NCBI GenBank assembly: GCA_047974855.1
Contig: JBKECT010000033.1
Location: 744-64,743 of the forward strand
DNA: 64,000 bases
From: Anaerorhabdus sp.
GTDB taxonomy: Bacteria > Bacillota_I > Bacilli_A > Erysipelotrichales > Erysipelotrichaceae
Direction of reading: 5' to 3'
Below are positions 24,738-33,156 of the stretch, piece after piece; position 1 is the stretch's first letter, and every line of letters starts with the position of its first letter. The translations under genes and the position numbers were made by a program. Under the pieces are notes generated by a model that was given only the letters and a program-made list of their open reading frames with translations, made no database searches and had not been told where the DNA came from.

Positions 24738-25778
24738 TTATAAAACCTGTGCTAACTCCTGTAAATCTTTTGTGAATTTCTGCTTCAATTTCTTCAAGTT
24801 CTCTTCAGCATCATCGCAGCGAGTGCCTTGAATTTTATAAACTGTCTCATCCTCCCCCAAAAAGAAACCAGATTTAAATATATGTCGATATATCTCAAAC
24901 GTTTTCTTCACCAATAAGTACTTTCTACGATCAACAATAAAATCATTTGGATCATTACCACTTTTGATATCACGCCAATCAGCATTCCTTACCGCCTCCT
25001 GCAGCAAAAGATTCAGCTCATTTTGTATGTTCTGAATTAATGAATTATTCCCAATTATTAATCTTCTTTCGAATCGATTATATGCCTTCTTTAAATTCAA
25101 TCTATGAATTACTAATCCATTGACTAGCTTCTCTTTTAGAACGCTTAAACTCTGAGTATAAAAATCTTTAAAAGTATTTATAAACGATTCAAAATCATTG
25201 TCATTATAGACAAACTTCCTAGACTTTCTATTTTTAAAACCTGATGTGTTAATTATTGCATTTCCATTTGCATCACGCTTTAAAGAACCCTTTTCTGCAA
25301 TAAGCTCTGCATCTGGATGATCTGCAGCACAAAAGGATTTTGTTTTTATATTTCGATAAATGTTTTTAATATATTTAACTTCATGTTCATCGATCCATTC
25401 ACGATCACAAAAATATACAACCAGCCATTGTACTTTCTTTTGTTTACGTAGATAACTGATACACTTCAAACCTTTTTCTTCCTGGATAACATATCTACAA
25501 AATCTAGCAGATATCTTCATCAATTCATTACGTGAATATCCCCTTTGAGGCAATAAAAGATTTAGTTTAACTCCATAAATTCTTGATTTTTTTTCACTTG
25601 AATACTTCTTTGATTTTTCTAAAGTAATGTATTGATCAATAAATTCCTTTCTATTTGAAATATTAGAATATACAATTGTACTTGGAATTATTGTATTTAG
25701 AAACTCAGGATCTCTTACTTTTTCAAATTCTAAAAAACTTTGATGTTGTTTTCGCTCGTTGTCATAAAGTATGCTCAT
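24738..25778 (-). CDS. Hypothetical protein (346 aa), first gene of the element's gene train
   Basis: ORF track entry with an AGGAGG RBS. No catalytic motif recognised. A replication or regulatory role is only guessed from its position next to parA. Confidence 0.6.
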   Translation of the reverse strand: MSILYDNERKQHQSFLEFEKVRDPEFLNTIIPSTIVYSNISNRKEFIDQYITLEKSKKYSSEKKSRIYGVKLNLLLPQRGYSRNELMKISARFCRYVIQEEKGLKCISYLRKQKKVQWLVVYFCDREWIDEHEVKYIKNIYRNIKTKSFCAADHPDAELIAEKGSLKRDANGNAIINTSGFKNRKSRKFVYNDNDFESFINTFKDFYTQSLSVLKEKLVNGLVIHRLNLKKAYNRFERRLIIGNNSLIQNIQNELNLLLQEAVRNADWRDIKSGNDPNDFIVDRRKYLLVKKTFEIYRHIFKSGFFLGEDETVYKIQGTRCDDAEENLKKLKQKFTKDLQELAQVL

Positions 25779-25923
25779 AATATCCTCCTATTCAACTTTG
25801 AGTGCCCCATATCCATATATACACAACTTCGCTAATACTTAGCGTAACTTGTCTAGATATATTGACTTTTTCAAATTTGAACGGGTTCGAATATTGAAAT
25901 CCTTTCCCACCATGTAATTAAGC

Positions 25924-25958
25924 AAAACCAGCTTATCATTTGATATGCTGGTTTTTTT
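25924..25958. terminator. Bidirectional hairpin terminator
   Basis: AAAACCAGC-N14-GCTGGTTTT flanked by an A-run and a T-run, downstream of the ABC operon. Confidence 0.6.
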
Positions 25959-25998
25959 ACAAAGTATTAAGCTCTCATGACTCACTTTCTATTCATAT

Positions 25999-26706
25999 CT
26001 ATTTTTGTGTAGAATCAACCTTTAGATAATCTCTAATTTCACCATTTTCTAATTTTTTAACAATATCAAAATTATAGTTAATCCTATCTAAGTTATGAGT
26101 AATTAAAATTAGTGTTTTTTTATTTTCAATCGCATAATTAATCATAAAGTGGATCACTTCATCAGACAACTCTGGATTCAAAGAAGAAGTAGGTTCATCT
26201 AATAATAAAACTTCCGGTTGATTGACTAGTGCTCGTGCAATTGCTACCCTTTGCTTTTGTCCTCCAGAGAGATTCATTACAAGTTTATTTAATAAACCTT
26301 CTATTTTAACAACTTTTGCAATTTCATGAATTGCGTTTTTTCTATCCTTTCGTTTCATTTTTTTTGAGTACAGCAATGGAATTAATATATTTTCATATAC
26401 TGTTTCTTCTTCAACTAGCATATAATCCTGGAATACATACCCAAACATTTCATTACGTAATTTTGCAATTTCAGATGTACTGAATGACTTATAGTTTGTA
26501 TTTCTAATTTCATACTCCCCCTCAAATTTTCCATCTAAAAGCCCAACAATGTTTAATAAAGTTGTTTTCCCAATTCCTGACTCACCAATAATTGCTACTA
26601 AATTCCCTTCATCTATATCAATATTAGCTTTTGTAAAAACTGTAGTTTCCGATTCTGTTCCCTTACTATAAACTTTATTAATCCCTTTTAAACTCAGTAA
26701 TGTCAT
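25999..26706 (-). CDS. ABC transporter ATP-binding protein (MacB/LolD-like)
   Basis: Walker A GESGIGKTT, signature LSGGQKQR, Walker B LLLDEPT. Confidence 0.9.
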   Translation of the reverse strand: MTLLSLKGINKVYSKGTESETTVFTKANIDIDEGNLVAIIGESGIGKTTLLNIVGLLDGKFEGEYEIRNTNYKSFSTSEIAKLRNEMFGYVFQDYMLVEEETVYENILIPLLYSKKMKRKDRKNAIHEIAKVVKIEGLLNKLVMNLSGGQKQRVAIARALVNQPEVLLLDEPTSSLNPELSDEVIHFMINYAIENKKTLILITHNLDRINYNFDIVKKLENGEIRDYLKVDSTQK

Positions 26707-26707
26707 T

Positions 26708-27736
26708 TTACAAGTCTCCTTTCAAATTCTCTAGTAAATTTTTTCTCTTTAAAATAAACCAAAGTAATATCTCAAACATACAAAACATGACAATTAGAGA
26801 AACTGTTCCGATAATAAATATCAAATTGAAGATAAATTTATTAAGATACATAAAGATCCAAAAATTCATTACTAACCCTATGCCTAAGAATATACTGCTT
26901 CTGATAAATATATCTTTTATTGTAGCTCCACATATCAAATGAATCATATACTCTTTATAAAGTTTTCTTATTTGGCTAGTATATATAATATACGTAGCTA
27001 AAATAGCAACAACAATACAAAGAGCGACAATAACATAAATATATTTCAGAATAAACCCTAATTGATCATTCCATTTGTTTTCTTTCACAAAATATGGAGT
27101 TCCATCAAAAATATTAATGAATTCATTTTTAATACCTCCATCAATTTCTATTTTAGAAAATTCTGCATTTTCAATCAGTTCTATAACTTCAGTATAATAA
27201 TCAACTTCAATCCATTTCTCAAAATTATTGGTTTGAAGAATAATTATAGTTTTAATTTCTTCAAATTCAATAATTTCTTGAATATCTATATCTTCTCTAT
27301 TTTTAAATTCATATTCTAATTCCTCTGGGAATGTTTTCTCACCCTGAATCCTTAATTTTGTTTTTTCAGTTGTATATATTGTCGTTTTTTCGTTCTCTAA
27401 ATAATTTTTATATTTACTACCAACAAGAACTAGCACCCTCTCATCTAAAGCCCTATACAAACTATGAGGATTAAAATATGATCCCCCTGTCCCTTGAAAC
27501 AAATCATATAATTCAGTAACAATCTCTTCATTCATCCCCATATTCATCTCAGTCAATTCAGCACTAAACATCGGGTAATGTGTATTTTTATTTTTTGAAT
27601 TCAATAATTCACTAACTATAGATTGTGTTGATGAAATCGAAAGAATGAGTAGCGAAAAAGTCATTAAAAGAAAAGAAAGAAAAACTTTTTTATTATTCCA
27701 AATATCTTTAATTCCTAAATTTAAATTTTCAATCAT
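26708..27736 (-). CDS. FtsX-like/DUF1430-like ABC permease subunit
   Basis: N-terminal TM segment, a large extracytoplasmic domain and a C-terminal TM bundle. Start overlaps the upstream gene by 4 nt. Confidence 0.6.
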   Translation of the reverse strand: MIENLNLGIKDIWNNKKVFLSFLLMTFSLLILSISSTQSIVSELLNSKNKNTHYPMFSAELTEMNMGMNEEIVTELYDLFQGTGGSYFNPHSLYRALDERVLVLVGSKYKNYLENEKTTIYTTEKTKLRIQGEKTFPEELEYEFKNREDIDIQEIIEFEEIKTIIILQTNNFEKWIEVDYYTEVIELIENAEFSKIEIDGGIKNEFINIFDGTPYFVKENKWNDQLGFILKYIYVIVALCIVVAILATYIIYTSQIRKLYKEYMIHLICGATIKDIFIRSSIFLGIGLVMNFWIFMYLNKFIFNLIFIIGTVSLIVMFCMFEILLWFILKRKNLLENLKGDL

Positions 27737-28761
27737 GCTAATCCACCTCTTTTTTTACTTTCTGTCATCAAAATCAAAAAATTAATTGAGAAAACTAGCG
27801 TATTTAGAATCAAAAAGAAACTTTGAATTTTTAAAAATGTTATTAGATCAATATAGTTAGCCTTTACCACTAAATCTAAGTATGGAATCGTCAATGCCAT
27901 CAAAAAGCTACCTAGTACTGTACCTACTATTATTTTCATTATTGTCTGCAAGTATATTTTTAATGGAGTAGCACCCAAAACTTGATGAATTCTAAATTCA
28001 CTTAAGTATGCTGCTCTTGAAATAAACACCGTTACACAGTAAATTAACAATGTTGCAAGAAATGTTTGAAGAATATGTTTTTGATAAGGACGACCATTCA
28101 TAGCACTAATTATACCTTCAATAATTAAAGGAGCTGTATATTTTTTATTCATTTTTTTAAATCCTGCATTATTAAGTATTACTTCAAGTTGATTTAACTG
28201 ATTTAAATCATAACTATCTACATACACTCTGCTAATGTCTTTTCCCTGAATTGCATATAAATTTTTAAATATCATTGTCTCTTGTGGCATATTATAAACA
28301 TATAGACAATGTATAACATCATCTACTTTAAATACAGCCTTAGTATTATTTATTTCATCTTGTGTCATTCCCCTTGCAAAATCACAAAAATTAATTCCAA
28401 TTGCGACATTATTTCTATTTTTATAATCCTCTTCAGAAAAATATCGATACTGGTTAATTCCAGTAATTTTCGATGAACGATTATAATACCACAATCGCAA
28501 ATCAAAAACACCAATAACTCTAGGATCTTGAGTTATTGAAAAAATAGTGACTTTCTTATATTCTTCCACATTTATAAGATTTAACCAATCTATATCAGTA
28601 TTCTCTACTCGATAAAATTCTACATAATTTTCACTAAGTTCAAAAGGAGTTCTTTCCTCAAACACAAGATCACCAAAGAAATAGTTTATTGAAAAAACTG
28701 AAATAATATTGATAAAAAAGAATAAAACTACCAAAGGCCATGCCTTTTTAATTTTGATCAT
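27733..28761 (-). CDS. FtsX-like/DUF1430-like ABC permease subunit
   Basis: Same architecture as the preceding subunit. HQVLGATPLKIY is FtsX-like. Confidence 0.6.
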   Translation of the reverse strand: MIKIKKAWPLVVLFFFINIISVFSINYFFGDLVFEERTPFELSENYVEFYRVENTDIDWLNLINVEEYKKVTIFSITQDPRVIGVFDLRLWYYNRSSKITGINQYRYFSEEDYKNRNNVAIGINFCDFARGMTQDEINNTKAVFKVDDVIHCLYVYNMPQETMIFKNLYAIQGKDISRVYVDSYDLNQLNQLEVILNNAGFKKMNKKYTAPLIIEGIISAMNGRPYQKHILQTFLATLLIYCVTVFISRAAYLSEFRIHQVLGATPLKIYLQTIMKIIVGTVLGSFLMALTIPYLDLVVKANYIDLITFLKIQSFFLILNTLVFSINFLILMTESKKRGGLA

Positions 28762-28808
28762 ATTTTTCTTCGAAATGAAAAAAGAGGCAGAGATTTTTAA
28801 TGATTTAT

Positions 28809-29204
28809 TTAAGGCTTTGTAGGACTTTGGGATGAAACGCCATATAATTCATAGCTATACCAAGCCCGTGTTGCTTGTCCGTTATTCCACTTATCTTCTG
28901 CACGAACATAAGCTCTCCTTGAAACAGTATCATTTGCATTTGAAGCCCACGCAGTTGCAAAGTATCTAGTTCCTTGAACATCATAGGTTATCCTAGTCCA
29001 TCTAAATCCAGCTCCTCCGATTCGATCACTACCTCGTACAGCTGCTTCCCCATCATAAACATAAGCAAAGTAGCTATCTCCATGAGTCGATTTTACATAA
29101 GTCCCATCGGAGTGCCAAAATAATATTGTCGTTCCTGCGTAAACATTTGTTGCAAAAAACATCGCGATAATTAGAAACAGTAATGATTTAATTGTTTTTT
29201 TCAT
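28809..29204 (-). CDS. Small secreted protein, candidate bacteriocin (context resembles lactococcin-972-type loci)
   Basis: Signal peptide ending VYA/GT. Mature part is ~107 aa, rich in aromatics, Gly and Arg. First gene of an operon with two DUF1430/FtsX-like proteins and an ABC ATPase. Confidence 0.35.
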   Translation of the reverse strand: MKKTIKSLLFLIIAMFFATNVYAGTTILFWHSDGTYVKSTHGDSYFAYVYDGEAAVRGSDRIGGAGFRWTRITYDVQGTRYFATAWASNANDTVSRRAYVRAEDKWNNGQATRAWYSYELYGVSSQSPTKP

Positions 29205-29337
29205 TTCTTTTCTCCTCTCTCAATTTTTTGTTATCTCTAGCCTCTGATTTATAGAACACCCTTTTAACTCTAGGTGCATCTAGCTTTTATATTATTATTT
29301 TAATATAATGCGATTGAAATCACAATGATAGTTTGCT

Positions 29338-29351
29338 GTTTTATATAGATT
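29338..29351. repeat. Target-site duplication, left copy (GTTTTATATAGATT)
   Basis: Identical 14-mer at 30805-30818, abutting the opposite inverted repeat. Confidence 0.75.
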
Positions 29352-30804
29352 CCTGAATTCTAAAAGTAAATTCCGTTTTTAATAAAAAACAGCAATAACT
29401 CTAATAAACCCTATGATAGTATAAAAGTGTTTCCTGCAGAAGTGAGGAGGAACAATTATGAAACAGTGGAAACATTTATCTTTTGATTAAAGAAAAATGA
29501 TCTCGCATATGCTTTCTAAGCATTACAAGTTGGTGGAGATGGCTGATTTACTTCAAATTGACCCATCATCAATTTCTAAAGAAATCAAAAGGAATCGTAG
29601 TCTTATAAAAAAAGGAAAAATGAAGTCCTCAATGTGTAAGCGTACACTTCGATTTCCTCATGTTTGCAATGGGTGCGCTAAGAAATATAATTCATGTCCT
29701 TTCACTCAGTTTAACTACGATTCAAAAAAAGCACAGGATGCAGCTAACTATCGCTTAGTAAGCTCACGTCAAGGGCTTAATATGACTGAGGAAGAATTCA
29801 GCCATCTGAATGAAACTATTCATGCGGGTGTCCTTGATGGTCAATCCATCTATCACATTGTAAAAAGTCATCCAGATATTGAGATGTCTGTCTCTAATGT
29901 CTACCGACTTATTAATACTCAACAACTCAAAACAAAGCGGCTGGATTTACCTTACGCTGTACGCTATAAGAAACGGAAGAAACTCAACCAGTATGAATAC
30001 AAAGAGAACAATAGAATTGATCGGAGCCATCGGAAGTATATTGATTTTTTAGCTTTTAAGTTTAATCACCCTGGACATTTTCATGTCCAGATGGACTTCT
30101 TGGGTACGATTAGGACAGACAAAAAGAGCATCTTAACTTTGACCATACCCGATCTTCATTACGCAATGCTCTTTTTAGTGGAGTCTCCAAACAGCAAGAA
30201 GATTATTGATATCTTCAACCAATTAGAGGCCTCGCTTACAATAGCCGTATTCACTAAGGTATTTCCTTTTATTCTGACAGATCGAGACCCTTGTTTTTCT
30301 CAATTTGATCAAGTCGAAACCTCAGTGAAATCCGGTGATAGAAGAACTCATCTTTTCTACTGCAATTCTTTCAACTCAAGTCAAAAAGCAAATGTTGAAC
30401 AAATGAACAAGCAGTTACGTAAGTTCTTCCCTAAAGGAAAATCTATCGATCACCTTACACGTGAAGATGTCAAAGATATTAATATCATCATTAATCAATC
30501 ACGAGTAGCTTCATTAGCGGGTGCCTCACCCAATGAAGCGTTCGCTAAGTTATTTGGTGAAAAGACATTGGATATCCTTACTACTATTCTAATCTAATTT
30601 AAACAAACTAACAATACTGCAGGAAACAATAAAACAGCAATAACTCTAAGAAACGGTAATAACTACTGTTTTTCAGTGCGGTTAAAATTTAATTTATCTC
30701 ATCAAATTCTATATCTTATTGCCGTTTTGGGTATTTAAAATATGACTTTACTCTTGGAATTATGTCATCTCTCCATAAAACGGAATTTACTTTTAGAATT
30801 CAGG
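29352..30804 (+). mobile_element. IS30-family insertion sequence (1453 bp)
   Basis: Perfect 28-bp terminal inverted repeats CCTGAATTCTAAAAGTAAATTCCGTTTT at 29352-29379 and, inverted, at 30777-30804. Flanked by a 14-bp direct repeat. Encodes an IS30-type transposase. Confidence 0.85.
29497..30597 (+). CDS. IS30-family transposase (5' end interrupted by an in-frame TAA)
   Basis: HTH region LLQIDPSSISKEIKRN. An upstream in-frame ATG at 29458 with an AGGAGG RBS gives MKQWKHLSFD, then TAA (29488), then RKMISHML.... The track ORF restarts at M14. Confidence 0.8.
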   Translation: MISHMLSKHYKLVEMADLLQIDPSSISKEIKRNRSLIKKGKMKSSMCKRTLRFPHVCNGCAKKYNSCPFTQFNYDSKKAQDAANYRLVSSRQGLNMTEEEFSHLNETIHAGVLDGQSIYHIVKSHPDIEMSVSNVYRLINTQQLKTKRLDLPYAVRYKKRKKLNQYEYKENNRIDRSHRKYIDFLAFKFNHPGHFHVQMDFLGTIRTDKKSILTLTIPDLHYAMLFLVESPNSKKIIDIFNQLEASLTIAVFTKVFPFILTDRDPCFSQFDQVETSVKSGDRRTHLFYCNSFNSSQKANVEQMNKQLRKFFPKGKSIDHLTREDVKDINIIINQSRVASLAGASPNEAFAKLFGEKTLDILTTILI

Positions 30805-30818
30805 GTTTTATATAGATT
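30805..30818. repeat. Target-site duplication, right copy
   Basis: GTTTTATATAGATT, identical to 29338-29351. Confidence 0.75.
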
Positions 30819-30929
30819 AATATATTTATTTAAGAAAAAATGTTATGAATTGCCTTTTTTATATTTAAATAGTTTCATTTTTTCTTCTCAAAGATATGCT
30901 ATGATAGAAAGAGAAAATGAGGTATATCT

Positions 30930-31358
30930 ATGATTATTTTTAAATTTTACAAAGGAAAAGAAAACTATGATGACTGCTTCTATGTAAGAAATGAGGTCTT
31001 TGTAATTGAGCAAGGATTCAGTCTTGAAATAGAACAAGATGAAATTGATAATACTTGTACACACATTGTTTTCTATGCTGATAATCAACCTATTGCAACA
31101 GGTCGCTCTTTTATTAATGACCATGGAGATTATACTCTTGGAAGGATTTGTGTTCTTCCATCTTATCGCGGTGATGGACTTGGAGCAAGAGTTATTCAAA
31201 CTCTTGAATTAAAAGCAAAAGAAGAAGGAGCATCAAAAACTCACCTAGGTGCACAAATTCAAGCGATTGATTTCTATAAACGACTTGGATATAAAGAGGT
31301 TGGTGAAGTCTATTATGAAGAAGGATGTCCTCATATTCATATGATTAAATCAATTTAA
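30930..31358 (+). CDS. GNAT-family N-acetyltransferase
   Basis: RICVLPSYRGDGLGARVIQ is acetyl-CoA-binding motif A. 142 aa. Confidence 0.8.
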   Translation: MIIFKFYKGKENYDDCFYVRNEVFVIEQGFSLEIEQDEIDNTCTHIVFYADNQPIATGRSFINDHGDYTLGRICVLPSYRGDGLGARVIQTLELKAKEEGASKTHLGAQIQAIDFYKRLGYKEVGEVYYEEGCPHIHMIKSI

Positions 31359-31747
31359 AAAGATGATTTTATCTTTTTATACCTTTACATTTTTAAATTT
31401 GATATACCTGTACATATTTTTCCAAGAATAATTTTATTTGCTCTAGCTTAATCAATTTTTATTTATATTTACATAAAGAGGGAATAATCGGATACAATAA
31501 TTTTTTTGTGAATACACACCCTATTTTTTCTCCTTCAGAAAATTTTTTAGTTAAAAATACTATTCATATTTTATTAGATATTTTCATTTTTGCATCATTG
31601 TTATCGTAGTTCTCTACATTATTAACCCAAAAGCAAAAAAGAAACACTAATGTATAGGAAATTCCCAAATAAAAAGATGCATAATCCTGTGCTATGAACC
31701 CACTTTTCCGGACTAAATAAAATTAGTTTGGAAAGGTGGGTTTTAAT

Positions 31748-32221
31748 ATGACACAATATGATATAGAATATAAGAAAAAGGTTCTAGCGTATCTAGATAA
31801 GAATGGCATTAGTGCAGCTTGTAGAAAATTTGGACATAGTAAGTCTGTTATCTATCGTTGGAAGCGGAAAGAAAAGACGGTGGGATTTGTGAGAAAGAAA
31901 AACAAAACATATACATTAAATGAAAAGTTAGATATTTTAAACTACTACTGGAAAAATGGTACTACAGAAACAGAAAGTAAATATGACATCAATAATTCAG
32001 TGATTTTTAAGTTGGAAAGACTATTCAAAGAGTATGGAACAGAAGCTTTAAGTTATGATGGTAGAGGAAGACGGCCTAATTCATTAGGGAGTAAAAAAGA
32101 TATTAATACAGATAAGGATTTGCTAGAAGAAAATCAAATGTTGAAAATGGAAAATGAATATTTAAAAAAGCTAGACACCTTGGTTCAAGAACGGGAAGAG
32201 CGAGAACTAAAGAAAAAGTAA
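31748..32221 (+). CDS. IS3-family transposase OrfA (HTH)
   Basis: Start moved to ATG 31748, which follows a GAAAGGTGG RBS. Ends ...ERELKKK with stop, in a GAAAAAG context. Confidence 0.8.
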   Translation: MTQYDIEYKKKVLAYLDKNGISAACRKFGHSKSVIYRWKRKEKTVGFVRKKNKTYTLNEKLDILNYYWKNGTTETESKYDINNSVIFKLERLFKEYGTEALSYDGRGRRPNSLGSKKDINTDKDLLEENQMLKMENEYLKKLDTLVQEREERELKKK

Positions 32222-32271
32222 GAATTGTATATGAGCTAAGGCAAGAATATTCATACCCACTATTACAATTA

Positions 32272-33057
32272 TTGAAGATATCAAATCTAGCTAAATCAAC
32301 GTATTATGACAATATACAGGCTATGAATAGAGAAGATAAAGATCTTTGGCTAAAAGATAAAGGAATATATGGATATAGACGTATGACAATAGCGATGAAC
32401 TTAGATGAAGACATAATTCAAAGGTATGGAGCAGTAAACCATAAGCGTGTTAGACGTCTAATGATTATATTGGGATTAAAATCAAAAGTAAGAGTCAAGA
32501 AATATAAGTCATATAAAGGTGAAGTAGGAAAAGTAGCTCCAAACATTCTTAATAGAGACTTTTGTACAACAAGTACAAATCAAAAATATGTAAGTGACAT
32601 AACAGAGTTTAAGATAGCGGGTACAAAGGTATATTTATCACCATTAATTGATATTCACACAAGTGAAGTAGTGAGTTATTCATATGGTAGAACACCAAAT
32701 GTAGAGTTAGTAATGAAAATGTTAGATAAAGGATTACCAAATAGTACATACAATGATTTGTTGATTCATACAGATCAAGGTTTTCAATATCAAAATATAC
32801 GATTTATTGAACACTTAAAATCAAAAGTTGTAGTACAAAGTATGTCGCGTAGAGGAAACTGCTATGATAATGCAATGGCAGAGAATTTCTTTTCACATTT
32901 AAAAGCAGAGTTTTACAAAATAAATAAGTTTAAGTCAGTGAAAGAGTTTAGTAAAAAGTTAGAAGATTACATAGAATATTACAATACTAAAAGAATAGTA
33001 ACGAAACTAAAAATGCCCCCGACACAATATCGAGAGCAAAATTTAGTAATTATTTAA
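32272..33057 (+). CDS. IS3-family transposase OrfB (DDE), normally made as an OrfAB fusion by -1 frameshift
   Basis: HTDQGFQY and NCYDNAMAENFF motifs. The orfB frame is open from about 32213 (..KKVRIVYELRQEYSYPLLQLLKIS..), which is -1 relative to orfA. Confidence 0.8.
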   Translation: MKISNLAKSTYYDNIQAMNREDKDLWLKDKGIYGYRRMTIAMNLDEDIIQRYGAVNHKRVRRLMIILGLKSKVRVKKYKSYKGEVGKVAPNILNRDFCTTSTNQKYVSDITEFKIAGTKVYLSPLIDIHTSEVVSYSYGRTPNVELVMKMLDKGLPNSTYNDLLIHTDQGFQYQNIRFIEHLKSKVVVQSMSRRGNCYDNAMAENFFSHLKAEFYKINKFKSVKEFSKKLEDYIEYYNTKRIVTKLKMPPTQYREQNLVII

Positions 33058-33156
33058 TTTGAAAATTTATTCCGGAAAACCGGGTTCAGTACACAGGAGT
33101 GTTCTTTTTTTTATTTGAAATTAGTTAAACTTATACTGTCATAAGGAGGACAGTAT

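Larger units (their letters stand above)
1..25900 (-). mobile_element. Integrative conjugative element or integrated conjugative plasmid-like module (left end beyond the window, right end approximate)
   Basis: Uninterrupted minus-strand gene train: unknown first gene, ParA, ParB-like, sortase, adhesin, VirB6/VirB3/VirB4-like, M23 hydrolase, ArdC-primase, SSB, RHH proteins, relaxase, VirD4-type coupling protein, large serine recombinase. Right limit placed between the first gene (upstream end at 25778) and the terminator of the neighbouring operon (25924-25958). Confidence 0.75.
31688..33095 (+). mobile_element. IS3-family insertion sequence (ends approximate)
   Basis: Imperfect terminal IRs: TGTGCTATGAACCCACTTTTCCGGA (left) against the reverse complement of the right end, TGTGTACTGAACCCGGTTTTCCGGA. 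orfA and orfB carry a slippery A-run. No clear target duplication found. Confidence 0.75.

Noticed and set aside
12559-29490. In-frame TAA codons in virB4 (12559-12561) and the IS30 transposase (29488-29490) as evidence of stop-codon reassignment
   Set aside because: TAA clearly terminates many well-delimited genes in the window, for example at 1875, 12602 and 24738. Core genes have normal lengths under the standard code. Pseudogenisation or sequencing error is more likely.
30742-31199. ORFs 30742..30933 and 30888..31199 near the right end of the IS30 element
   Set aside because: The first spans the IS terminal repeat and the target duplication. The second is antisense to the well-supported GNAT gene.
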